DNA of 49,283 bases, from NCBI GenBank assembly GCA_002436765.1, contig DJNI01000032.1, forward strand, positions 4,546-53,828. The letters are read 5' to 3'. Source of the stretch: Clostridiales bacterium UBA6468 (GTDB taxonomy: Bacteria > Bacillota > Clostridia > Oscillospirales > Oscillospiraceae). Position numbers and translations under genes: made by a program. Below, piece after piece: positions 17,753-26,685 of the stretch (position 1 is its first letter; each line of letters begins with the position of its first letter). The notes under the pieces are model-generated. The model saw only the letters and a program-made list of their open reading frames with translations, searched no databases and was not told the DNA's origin.

Positions 17753-20185
17753 CTACCGCCTGATTCTTCTTTTCGCAGTCCGGAAAATAAGCTCCAGTAT
17801 GAGCGCACAAATCGCCCCGATGAGGATGCTCCCCGCCACGACGAACACCACCGCGCCCATGTCCCCCGTTTTCGGCAGGGTTTCTTCCCGGTTGACGAGA
17901 TGCACCGTGTTGTCAACGGTCATGCCGCGGGCGTCCTGCCAGCCGTCCTGCGCCGTTAAATGGCTGGACGCGCTGACGATAACGGCGGCGGGCTGGCTGA
18001 GCTTGTCCTTCCCATCCGGCGCTTTCGTCTGCACCAGATAGTAGCGGCCATATGCCACGCCCCAGAGGAATGCCTTGCCATCCTCGCCGGTCGTTACCTC
18101 GGAAACCGGCTTCCCGCCGTTGCCTGTAAGGAAGTTCACAAACACGGCGTTTGTCTCTGTACTTGAGGTTGCGCTTTCATCCCCCGCTCTGGTCAGTCGG
18201 AATGTCGCGCCGCCAAGGGGCTGTCCCGCTTCGTCGGAGACGAAAAGGCGGATTCCGCCCGTATGCACCTCCCCGGCTTCGGACTGGGCTTCGTAGAATA
18301 CGCCTGCGGCGTTCAGGTAGCTGACCGACGCGCTGCACGGGATAGGGGCGTCAAGTCCGGCTTTTTCCGTGATCGACGCCTGAAAGCGTACCCGGATTTC
18401 CGGCGTGCACGCCCCCTCCCCCTGATTGGCCGACGCATAGGCCATGCCCGCCGGGGTCAGGGAAACGCGCAGTTCCCCGCTTCCCTCGCTGTGGGTAACG
18501 GTATAGTGGTCGCTCTCGGCCAGGTCGATTTCCGTTCCCGCTCCGGTCAGCAACGTGACGGCCGGCGCTGAATCTTCCATCAGCAGATATTCGTCAACGC
18601 TGCCTGTGATGATGTACTTCTGCGCCGCCCGGATGCCCGCCGGGACGCTGCCCCGCAGGATCCAGGTATGTACCTGCCCCACGTCAAAGCTGCCGCTGGT
18701 GCAGCCGATTTCGGCTATATTCACTTCGGCCCTCGGAGCGATTTCCAATGTGCCGGTTGGCTTGACATTCAGGGTGTAAGCATTCCCGCCATCGGCACCG
18801 ACTCCGGGAACCACCAGGAAAAAGGGGGCGGAAACCTCTGCCGCTTCATTCTCGGTGCGCTGGACGACCAGATACACGCCCTCCGGCTGATCGTTCGCCG
18901 TAAAATTATAAGAAGCAAGGCCGTGAATGTCCGTGGTCAGGATCGTCACAAGATTTTCGGGTGTCCTGAAATCCTTCATGGCCGCTTCGTCGGATAAGGC
19001 GTTAAGGGAAAAATCCCCGTTTTCCATCTGCTCCCGGGTCGCTGCCCGGTACAGGTCGAAACGGATGTTGGAAAGCGGTAATCCGTCGGCTTCCCCGCAT
19101 TCGGTAATGTTCAGAATGCAGTCCGGTTTTACCAGCAGCTTTCCGTGAACCGGCAAAATGCTGTCGTCGAACCCCAGCAGCCTGTGGTTTTCCCCCTCGA
19201 ACAGATAAACGTCGCCGCCGTGCTGCGTTCCGGTGATCTCCAGCGTCACCTCCGGCCTGTCCGTAAGGCCGGAAAAGGAAACCGAGCAGCTTCCGGCCTC
19301 CGTCACCGTCTGCGTCTCGACCTGACCGCCGCATTCGGCGCTGAGGGTCAGCGCGTCCAGTGAACCAACAGTCGTCTGAATGTCCACGCCCACCGTGACA
19401 GTATAGGTGCCGTCCGGCTCCTTTACCGCCGTGTAAACCGGACTTTGCAGCGTCGCGTCCGACACCGTTTCGCACCCCGGCGCAGCCGGTTTCAGGCTGC
19501 ACAAATACCGGTACAGCCCCGCAACGTTCGCCGCCGAATCCTCTGTCAGCGGCTCGTGAGAAACGTCGGCGTTCGTGACCTTTCTCAGATAGTTCCGCCA
19601 CCCCGGCGTGGTCATGTCCTCCCAGCGGGAGAGATAGTCGTTGACGGAAAACTTTCCCTGATTCGTCAATTCCCAGATGGCAAGCTGCGCCGCGAGGATT
19701 GCTTCGCCGCTTTGCAGCTGCCGGATTTCCGGAAGCCCGTGACTTTGCAGCCATGGATTGGCCGCCGCCTGAATGGCAGACACATCCTTGTGGGGGTATG
19801 ATCCCTGCACCACCGCCCGGAGCTTTCCCGCCGTTTCGGCGGAAAAGCAGCCGCTGTCCTCCAATCCCACCCGCCGGTAGCCCGCCTTTTCCGGCGCCTC
19901 CGCGTCAGGGTTGACGGAATAGGCGGCGATAGACACGTCCTGCTCCCCCGCCCCGTCGGCGGTCAGATGGTAAATTTCCACAAAATCCTCACCGGAGAAG
20001 ACCGTCTCCCCATCCTCCCCGGTAAGCGTGAAGTCTGCCACGAAGGGGGACGCGCAGACATAAGCATCCCTGGCGAGGTGCAGCACATAACCGTCCTCCG
20101 TCGCTTGGGCGCGCAGGAACGCCCCTGAAGCCATAGCGGCCAGCGCAGCCAGCATGGCCGCCGCCCGTTTGAACGAGACCTTCAT
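17753..20185 (-). CDS. Sortase-anchored surface protein: thioester-domain (TED)-like head plus SpaA/CnaB and D2 pilin-like domains
   Basis: Signal peptide MKVSFKRAAAMLAALAA...AQA, YRRVGLEDS...AAQLAIW TED-like segment, E-box-like YYLVQTKAPDG, LPKTG + TM + basic tail. Start set at 20185; the longer track ORF is antisense read-through. Confidence 0.8.
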   Translation of the reverse strand: MKVSFKRAAAMLAALAAMASGAFLRAQATEDGYVLHLARDAYVCASPFVADFTLTGEDGETVFSGEDFVEIYHLTADGAGEQDVSIAAYSVNPDAEAPEKAGYRRVGLEDSGCFSAETAGKLRAVVQGSYPHKDVSAIQAAANPWLQSHGLPEIRQLQSGEAILAAQLAIWELTNQGKFSVNDYLSRWEDMTTPGWRNYLRKVTNADVSHEPLTEDSAANVAGLYRYLCSLKPAAPGCETVSDATLQSPVYTAVKEPDGTYTVTVGVDIQTTVGSLDALTLSAECGGQVETQTVTEAGSCSVSFSGLTDRPEVTLEITGTQHGGDVYLFEGENHRLLGFDDSILPVHGKLLVKPDCILNITECGEADGLPLSNIRFDLYRAATREQMENGDFSLNALSDEAAMKDFRTPENLVTILTTDIHGLASYNFTANDQPEGVYLVVQRTENEAAEVSAPFFLVVPGVGADGGNAYTLNVKPTGTLEIAPRAEVNIAEIGCTSGSFDVGQVHTWILRGSVPAGIRAAQKYIITGSVDEYLLMEDSAPAVTLLTGAGTEIDLAESDHYTVTHSEGSGELRVSLTPAGMAYASANQGEGACTPEIRVRFQASITEKAGLDAPIPCSASVSYLNAAGVFYEAQSEAGEVHTGGIRLFVSDEAGQPLGGATFRLTRAGDESATSSTETNAVFVNFLTGNGGKPVSEVTTGEDGKAFLWGVAYGRYYLVQTKAPDGKDKLSQPAAVIVSASSHLTAQDGWQDARGMTVDNTVHLVNREETLPKTGDMGAVVFVVAGSILIGAICALILELIFRTAKRRIRR

Positions 20186-20347
20186 ATCCCCCATTTCCTC
20201 CCCATGGCGGCAGGTTTCCGCCGCGTTTGCCATCAGTTTACCATGAAGGCCATGTCGAATTTGGGGGAATTGTGGCGGTAAAGCAAAATTAGCCGTATTG
20301 CGGGAATCCCCATTTTGTGGTATGCTTTCAGGAAAGGAAGTGACGGC

Positions 20348-21184
20348 ATGAAGCGGCTGAGAAAAATCTATCTGGAAATCTCCAACGTCTGCAATCTGCA
20401 CTGCACGTTCTGCCCCGGCACCCGGCGGGAGAAGCGGTTCATGACGGTGGAGGAATTCTCCTCCCTGCTGCCCAAATTGCGCCTGTGGACGGATTATCTT
20501 TACTTCCACCTGATGGGCGAGCCGCTGTGCCATCCTGAGCTTGCGGAATTTCTCCGTCTTGCGGGAGGCGCTGGCTTCAGGGTCATTCTCACCACCAATG
20601 GCACCTCGCTGGAAGAAAAGCGGGAAATTCTGCTGAATGCCCCCGCGCTCCACAAGGTGAATATTTCCCTTCACGCCTTTGAAGCAAACGACCTCTCCAT
20701 CCCCTTCGAGACGTACCTTTCCCGGTGTCTTTCCTTCGGTCAGGTGGCAGAGGGGAAATTTCTGGTCGTTTACCGCCTGTGGAACGGCGGCGGCGCGGAA
20801 CAGCGAAACCCGGAAATCCTCAGCGCCATGGAGCGTGCGTTCCCTACGCCCTGGGATGTGCAGCCTCGGGGCACGCAGATCGCCCGGCGGGTCTATCTGG
20901 AATACGGCGACAAATTCGACTGGCCCGCCCTCTCCGCCCCCGACGGCGGGGAACGCGCCTTTTGTCACGGCCTGCGGGATCAGGTTGGTGTGCTGTGCGA
21001 CGGCACCGTTGTCCCCTGCTGTCTTGACCATGAGGGCGACATTGCTCTGGGGAATCTGTTTGAAACCACGCTGGAGGAAATCTGGGAAACGCCCCGCGCC
21101 AAGGCGATTTATCAGGGCTTTGCCCGAAAAAAAGCGGCAGAGGAACTCTGCCGCAAGTGCGGATATGCCCGGCGATTTTTATAA
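20348..21184 (+). CDS. Radical SAM protein with SPASM/twitch domain
   Basis: CNLHCTFC motif, HLMGEPL, TTNG, C-terminal CHGLRDQ..DGTVVPCCLD..GNL..CRKC. Confidence 0.9.
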   Translation: MKRLRKIYLEISNVCNLHCTFCPGTRREKRFMTVEEFSSLLPKLRLWTDYLYFHLMGEPLCHPELAEFLRLAGGAGFRVILTTNGTSLEEKREILLNAPALHKVNISLHAFEANDLSIPFETYLSRCLSFGQVAEGKFLVVYRLWNGGGAEQRNPEILSAMERAFPTPWDVQPRGTQIARRVYLEYGDKFDWPALSAPDGGERAFCHGLRDQVGVLCDGTVVPCCLDHEGDIALGNLFETTLEEIWETPRAKAIYQGFARKKAAEELCRKCGYARRFL

Positions 21185-21278
21185 GCTCCATCTGCTTTTC
21201 CGTCGGTTAATTGATCAATCCTCTTGAGAACCGCCAAAAAATGTGCTATAATCCAGAAAACACAGAAGAGGTCTTTAT

Positions 21279-21923
21279 ATGGAACAAAAAGTCATTCTTT
21301 TCGACTTGGACGGTACGTTGACGGATTCCGGCGAGGGCATTATCAACTGCGTCGTCTTCGCCCTGGAGCATTACGGTCTGCCTGTCCCTCCGAAGGCGGA
21401 GCTGCGCAGTGTGGTGGGGCCTCCCCTTCACGATTCTCTGGCGCGGTACGGCGTTCCGAAGGAGAAGCTGGAAGAGGCCGTGACCGTTTTCCGCAGCCGC
21501 TACAATCCCATCGGCATTTATGAGAACGTCCCCTACCCCGGCATCCGGGAAGCGCTGGAAGAGCTGAAGCGAGAAGGGTACAAGCTCTGCGTCGCCACCT
21601 CCAAGCCGGAGGAAATGGCAAACCGGGTTCTGCGGCATTTTGACCTCGCGTCGTATTTTGACACGGTCTGCGGCGGCGCTTTGGACGAGTCCCGGTCTTC
21701 CAAAGGCGAGGTCATCGCCTATCTTCTGGAGCAGAACGGCCGGGCGGACAATATGGTCATGGTGGGCGATACCAGATTTGACGTGATCGGCGCGGCTGCC
21801 CACGGCATTCCCACCATCGGCGTCGCCTGGGGCTACGGCGAGACGGCGGACATGGAAGCCGCCGGGGCAAAGGCCATTGCCCAGACCCCTGAACATCTGG
21901 TGCAGCTGCTCAGGGAAATGTGA
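21279..21923 (+). CDS. HAD-superfamily hydrolase (phosphatase/nucleotidase-like)
   Basis: FDLDGTLTDS, VATSKP, MVGDTRFDVIGA. Confidence 0.92.
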   Translation: MEQKVILFDLDGTLTDSGEGIINCVVFALEHYGLPVPPKAELRSVVGPPLHDSLARYGVPKEKLEEAVTVFRSRYNPIGIYENVPYPGIREALEELKREGYKLCVATSKPEEMANRVLRHFDLASYFDTVCGGALDESRSSKGEVIAYLLEQNGRADNMVMVGDTRFDVIGAAAHGIPTIGVAWGYGETADMEAAGAKAIAQTPEHLVQLLREM

Positions 21924-21937
21924 TTGGAGGAATTTTG

Positions 21938-23308
21938 ATGGAACTGCGTGCCCGTGTTGACGCATTGAAGCCCCAGCTTCTTTCCACGCTGCGGCAGAAT
22001 ATTCAAATCCCCAGCGTTCAGGGTGAAGCGGAGGACGGCGCGCCCTACGGGGCTTCCGTCCGTGAAAGCCTTGTCCATGTGCTGAACACCGCCCGGGAGT
22101 TGGGCTTCCGCACGGAAAATATGGACGGTCATCTGGGCTGGTGCGAATACGGCGAGGGCGACGAAATGGTCGCCGTTCTGGGGCATCTGGACGTGGTTCC
22201 CGCCGGGGACGGCTGGAGCTGCGACCCCTTCGGCGGCGAGCTGCGGGACGGGAAAATCTGGGGCAGAGGCGCCACGGATGACAAAGGCCCCGCCATCGCC
22301 TCTCTGTACGCCCTGGCCGCTCTGCGGGATTCCGGGCTTCCCATCCGCCGCCGCATCCGTCTCCTGTTCGGCTGCAACGAGGAAGCCGGTTCCGATGATA
22401 TCAAGTACTATCTTGCAAACGGCGGCGAGATACCCGTCATGGGCTTCACCCCGGACGGTGAATACCCGGTGATTAACGGGGAAAAGGGCATTATCAACGT
22501 GACCTTTTCCCACGCCTATGCCCAGACCGGCGACGTTCGGCTCCTGTCCATTCACGGCGGCACTGCCCCCAACGTGGTTCCGGCCCACGCCTGCGCCAAG
22601 CTGGCATGTCCCCGGGAGCTGGCGCAGCGTCTGGCTGGTCTCTCCGCGCCCCAGGTACGGTTCACCGTCACGGATTACGGTCTTTTCGTGGAAGCCGAGG
22701 GCGAAAGCGCCCACGGCAGCACCCCGGAGCTGGGGAAAAACGCCATCGGTCGTCTGCTGCTGGCGCTGGATACCCTGCCCCTGAGTGGGGAGGTCGCCGA
22801 CGCGGTGCATTTTCTGGCGACGACCCTTGGCATGGAAACCGACGGCGCTTCCGCCGGAATTGCCCTCCATGACGCGGTTTCCGGCGGCCTGACGCTGAAT
22901 CTCGGCGTGATCGACGGCGATGAACACCGGCTGTCCCTGAAAATCAACTACCGCTACCCGGTCACCAAGGGCTATGATGACTGCGCGCCCATCCTCAACG
23001 GCAAGTTTGCCGCCGCCGGGTTTACTCTGGACTCCGAAGTCCACAAGGCCAAGCTGTACGTCCCCGAGGACAGCCCCCTGGTCTCCACCCTGCTCCGGGT
23101 CTACCGGGAGCAGACAGGGCTGGAGGGTCAGCCCAAGTCCATCGGCGGCGGCACCTATGCCAAGGCGCTGCCCAACATCGTGGCCTTCGGCCCCATTTTC
23201 CCCGGTGAGGAAATCCGGGAGCACAAGCCGGACGAGTACATCTCGGTGGACAGCCTGATGCGCAATGCGCAGATCATCGCCGCCGCCATGTACGAAATGG
23301 CAAAATGA
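21938..23308 (+). CDS. pepV: M20 family dipeptidase PepV
   Basis: GHLDVVP, GRGATDDKGP, GCNEE, FTPDGEYP, SAHGSTP, GGGTYAK, HKPDE. Confidence 0.88.
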   Translation: MELRARVDALKPQLLSTLRQNIQIPSVQGEAEDGAPYGASVRESLVHVLNTARELGFRTENMDGHLGWCEYGEGDEMVAVLGHLDVVPAGDGWSCDPFGGELRDGKIWGRGATDDKGPAIASLYALAALRDSGLPIRRRIRLLFGCNEEAGSDDIKYYLANGGEIPVMGFTPDGEYPVINGEKGIINVTFSHAYAQTGDVRLLSIHGGTAPNVVPAHACAKLACPRELAQRLAGLSAPQVRFTVTDYGLFVEAEGESAHGSTPELGKNAIGRLLLALDTLPLSGEVADAVHFLATTLGMETDGASAGIALHDAVSGGLTLNLGVIDGDEHRLSLKINYRYPVTKGYDDCAPILNGKFAAAGFTLDSEVHKAKLYVPEDSPLVSTLLRVYREQTGLEGQPKSIGGGTYAKALPNIVAFGPIFPGEEIREHKPDEYISVDSLMRNAQIIAAAMYEMAK

Positions 23309-23345
23309 CGAATTTCTCAATCAAAAACTATAGAAGGTGACCAAT

Positions 23346-24443
23346 ATGAAAATCACAAGTGTCCGTCTGGGACGCATCAGCGTTCCCCTGCGCACCCCCT
23401 TCAAAACCGCTCTGCGCAGCGTCGGCAGTGTGGAGGACGTCATTGTGGAAATCCGAACCGACTGCGGCGCGGTTGGTTACGGTGAAGCCCCTCCCACGGG
23501 CGCCATCACCGGCGACACCACCGGTGGGATCATCGGCGCCATTCAGGATCACATTGCCAAGACCATCATCGGCCGGGACGTGGACGAGCTGGAGCCGCTG
23601 CTCCAGTCGGTGCAGAAATGCATCGTAGGCAATTCCAGCGCCAAGGCCGCCGTGGACATGGCGCTGTGGGATCTGTACGGGCAGCTGTACAACATCCCCG
23701 TTTACAAGCTCCTGGGCGGCGGGCGGAAGCAGATCGTCACCGATATCACCATCTCCGTTAACGACCCGGACACCATGGTCAGCGATTCCCTGAAGGCCGT
23801 TGCCCGGGGCTATGACTGCCTGAAAATGAAGGTCGGCGTGAATCCGGAGCTGGACGTCGCCCGACTCAGCGCCGTGCGCAATGCCGTTGGCAAGGACATT
23901 GTCATCCGTATCGACGCCAACCAGGCGTGGACGCCCAAGCAGGCCGTGAAAATTCTGAACAAAATGCAGGAGCTTGGGCTGGACATCGAGCTTGTGGAGC
24001 AGCCCGTAAGCGCCCACGACTTTGCCGGACTGAAATATGTCACCGAACGGAGCTACGTGCCGGTGCTGGCGGACGAGGCCGTGTTCTCCCCGGAAAACGC
24101 CATGACCATTTTGCAGATGGGCGCGGCTGACCTCATTAACATCAAGCTGATGAAGTGCGGCGGTATTTACAACGCCCTGAAAATTGCCTCCGCGGCGGAG
24201 GTTTTCGGCGTGGAGTGCATGATCGGCTGTATGCTGGAAGCGAAGATTTCCGTCAATGCCGCCGTGCATCTGGCCTGCGCCAAAAACATCATCACGAAGG
24301 TAGACCTGGACGGCCCGGTGCTGTGCAGCGAAGACCCGATTCTCGGCGGGGCTGTTTTCGACGAGAAGATCATCACCGTCTCCGACGCACCGGGACTGGG
24401 CATTCAGGGCATCGATCAGAAATACCTGACCTGCATAGACTGA
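23346..24443 (+). CDS. Dipeptide epimerase (L-Ala-D/L-Glu epimerase, enolase superfamily)
   Basis: PFKTALR, KMKVG, RIDANQ, VEQP, ADE, NIKLMKCGG, GCMLE, DLD motif. Confidence 0.92.
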   Translation: MKITSVRLGRISVPLRTPFKTALRSVGSVEDVIVEIRTDCGAVGYGEAPPTGAITGDTTGGIIGAIQDHIAKTIIGRDVDELEPLLQSVQKCIVGNSSAKAAVDMALWDLYGQLYNIPVYKLLGGGRKQIVTDITISVNDPDTMVSDSLKAVARGYDCLKMKVGVNPELDVARLSAVRNAVGKDIVIRIDANQAWTPKQAVKILNKMQELGLDIELVEQPVSAHDFAGLKYVTERSYVPVLADEAVFSPENAMTILQMGAADLINIKLMKCGGIYNALKIASAAEVFGVECMIGCMLEAKISVNAAVHLACAKNIITKVDLDGPVLCSEDPILGGAVFDEKIITVSDAPGLGIQGIDQKYLTCID

Positions 24444-24473
24444 TTATTTCTGCAAGATACAAAAAGAGGACGC

Positions 24474-24980
24474 TCAGGCGTCCTCTTTCAGATTTTTGTG
24501 GATATATGCTCTTGCCTGCTCCGGTTCCAGACACAGCACAATGGCGATTTCGCCAACCAGCAGCTTCTCCGCATCGTGGAGGAAATTCTCGTCGCACAGG
24601 TGAATCTTTTTCCCTGACGCGGTCTGGTCGGCCTTGTGACGGTAAAGGGTATGTACCATGCGCATGATTCTTTTCCGGTCGCCGCTGCCGATCAGCTCCC
24701 GGTAGGTCTGCTTCCGCTGGTTTTCCTCCCGAATCCACTGGCCGGACTTCACATCCTCCGACGTGATCATCGCTTCCAGTTCCTCTTGAGAGAGAACGGG
24801 GCGAAGCTTCGCCATGGCGGCGGCGTTCTGCGTCGGCACCAGAAACCGGGAATTTCCGTTGGACAGCGGTTCCAGTGCCAGATAATGCAGCCGCTTTTTA
24901 TCCACCAGCCTCTCCTCCTCGCTCACCACGCGGCAAACCCCGTGCATCCCGTAAACGACCAGTTCCCCTGCCTGATACAT
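24474..24980 (-). CDS. CarD family transcriptional regulator
   Basis: MYQAGELVVYGMHGVCRV N-terminal motif and C-terminal DENFLHDAEKLLVGEIA. Confidence 0.85.
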   Translation of the reverse strand: MYQAGELVVYGMHGVCRVVSEEERLVDKKRLHYLALEPLSNGNSRFLVPTQNAAAMAKLRPVLSQEELEAMITSEDVKSGQWIREENQRKQTYRELIGSGDRKRIMRMVHTLYRHKADQTASGKKIHLCDENFLHDAEKLLVGEIAIVLCLEPEQARAYIHKNLKEDA

Positions 24981-25104
24981 ATTCCCCATCCTTTCCAAAA
25001 AGCGCCGCATTTTCTCACCTATAGCATTATTATAGCACAAAAATGCGCCGATTTCACATAGGGAATATTCCCAAAATTTTTGCCGCTTTTTTCGGTCAAC
25101 ATGC

Positions 25105-25140
25105 AAAAAAATGCCGCCGCAGCGTTGGCTGCGGCGGCAT
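25105..25140 (-). terminator. Intrinsic terminator after pyk
   Basis: 13-bp perfect stem ATGCCGCCGCAGC/GCTGCGGCGGCAT with a T-tract on the minus strand. Confidence 0.8.
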
Positions 25141-25147
25141 TCTGCAA

Positions 25148-26560
25148 TCAGATCGTCTCGATTTTGATAGTGTTGGTATTGCCGTGCCGGCCGTTGACGG
25201 GGCCGCCGGTGAGGAGGATATTGTCCCCGGGCTTCAGATGCAGAACATCCACGGCAGCCTTCTGGGCGTAGTAGAACATCACGTCCATGGTGGGAAATTC
25301 GTCCGCCATCACCGGGGTCACGCCCCAGCTCATGGACAGTCTGCGCCAGATCTTCCGGTCGATGGTCATGCCGATGATATCCACAGGGGTGCGGAACCGG
25401 CTGACCAGCATGGCGGTCTTGCCGGACACGGAGCAGACCACAATGGCCTTGGCGTTGACGTCGATGGCCATGGAGCACACCGCGTGGGACAGGCAGTCCA
25501 AGTTGTTCTGGCCGTTATACTCCGTTTTCAGGAACAGAGACTTGTAACCGGTGTGCTGCTCGGTGTATTCGGCGATCTCCGCCATGGCCTTGACCGCCTC
25601 CACGGGGTATTTACCGGCGGCGGATTCGCCGGAGAGCATGACGCAGGAGGTGCCGTCGTAAACGGCGTTGGCCACGTCCGTGATCTCCGCACGGGTGGGA
25701 CGGGGGTTCTGGATCATGGATTCCAGCATTTCCGTGGCGGTGATGACCCGCTTACCCAGCATCCGGCACATCCGGGTCAGCTTCTTCTGCACGGAGGGTA
25801 CTTCCACATAAGGGATCTCCACGCCCAGGTCGCCCCGGGCAATCATGATGCCGCCGCAGGCGGAGCAGATTTCCTCCACATTGTCCACGCCGGAACGGTT
25901 TTCGATTTTCGCCACGATCTCGATGTCGCTGCCGCCGTTTTCGTCCAACAGACGGCGGATGTCCAGAACATCCTGCTTCGTGGAGACAAAGGACGCGGCC
26001 ACGAAATCCACACCGTGGGCGATGCCGAACAGAATGTCCGATCTGTCCTGCTGGGAAATGTAGGGGCCGGACATGACCTTATTGGGGAAGGACATGCTCT
26101 TGCGGTCGCTGAGCGTGCCGCCTGCCAGACATTTGCAGTGGATCTCGGTGCCTTCAATGTTCTCCACTTCAAACCGGACAATGCCGTTGTTCACCGTTAC
26201 GGTGTCGCCGGGCTTCAGCTCGTTATGGAGATTTTTATAATTGACGCTGACCCTCGTCTCGTCCCCTGCCACGTCCCGGGTGGTAAAGGTAAAGCTGTCC
26301 CCCGTTTTCACCTCCACCTTACCGGAAGCAAATGTTCCGATGCGGTACTCCGGGCCTTTGGTGTCCAGCATGATGGCGATGGGCAGCCCCAGCTTCTGAC
26401 GTACCCGCTTAATGAGCTCGATTTTCCGCTCGTGTTCCTCATGGGTGCCGTGGGAAAAGTTCAGCCGCGCAACATTCATGCCCGCAAGGCACATTTTTGT
26501 CAGCGTTTCCTCGTTTTCACTGGCTGGGCCGATGGTACAGATAATTTTTGTTTTGCGCAT
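25148..26560 (-). CDS. pyk: Pyruvate kinase
   Basis: MRKTKIICTIGPAS, ARLNFSHG, DTKGPE, AKIEN, IARGDLGVE, PRPTRAE, MLSGESA. Confidence 0.97.
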   Translation of the reverse strand: MRKTKIICTIGPASENEETLTKMCLAGMNVARLNFSHGTHEEHERKIELIKRVRQKLGLPIAIMLDTKGPEYRIGTFASGKVEVKTGDSFTFTTRDVAGDETRVSVNYKNLHNELKPGDTVTVNNGIVRFEVENIEGTEIHCKCLAGGTLSDRKSMSFPNKVMSGPYISQQDRSDILFGIAHGVDFVAASFVSTKQDVLDIRRLLDENGGSDIEIVAKIENRSGVDNVEEICSACGGIMIARGDLGVEIPYVEVPSVQKKLTRMCRMLGKRVITATEMLESMIQNPRPTRAEITDVANAVYDGTSCVMLSGESAAGKYPVEAVKAMAEIAEYTEQHTGYKSLFLKTEYNGQNNLDCLSHAVCSMAIDVNAKAIVVCSVSGKTAMLVSRFRTPVDIIGMTIDRKIWRRLSMSWGVTPVMADEFPTMDVMFYYAQKAAVDVLHLKPGDNILLTGGPVNGRHGNTNTIKIETI

Positions 26561-26685
26561 AAACAGCCCTCCTGCTGCGGGGCGCAGCGTCTTCTTCTTG
26601 GTGCGCCCTGATGTCAACTTCCGTTTCCGCCATATTCTACCACACCCCTTCCCCATCGTCAACGTAAAATCCGGTAAAGGAGGCT

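Noticed and set aside
20186..21031. N-terminal 282 aa of the 1092-aa track ORF, which would make a giant fusion protein
   Set aside because: It is antisense to the radical SAM gene and has no protein-like motifs. A signal peptide and RBS define the real start near 20185.
24981..25478. Extended 334-aa CarD ORF overlapping pyk
   Set aside because: The extension crosses the pyk terminator and an alternative frame of pyk. The CarD motif starts at 24980.
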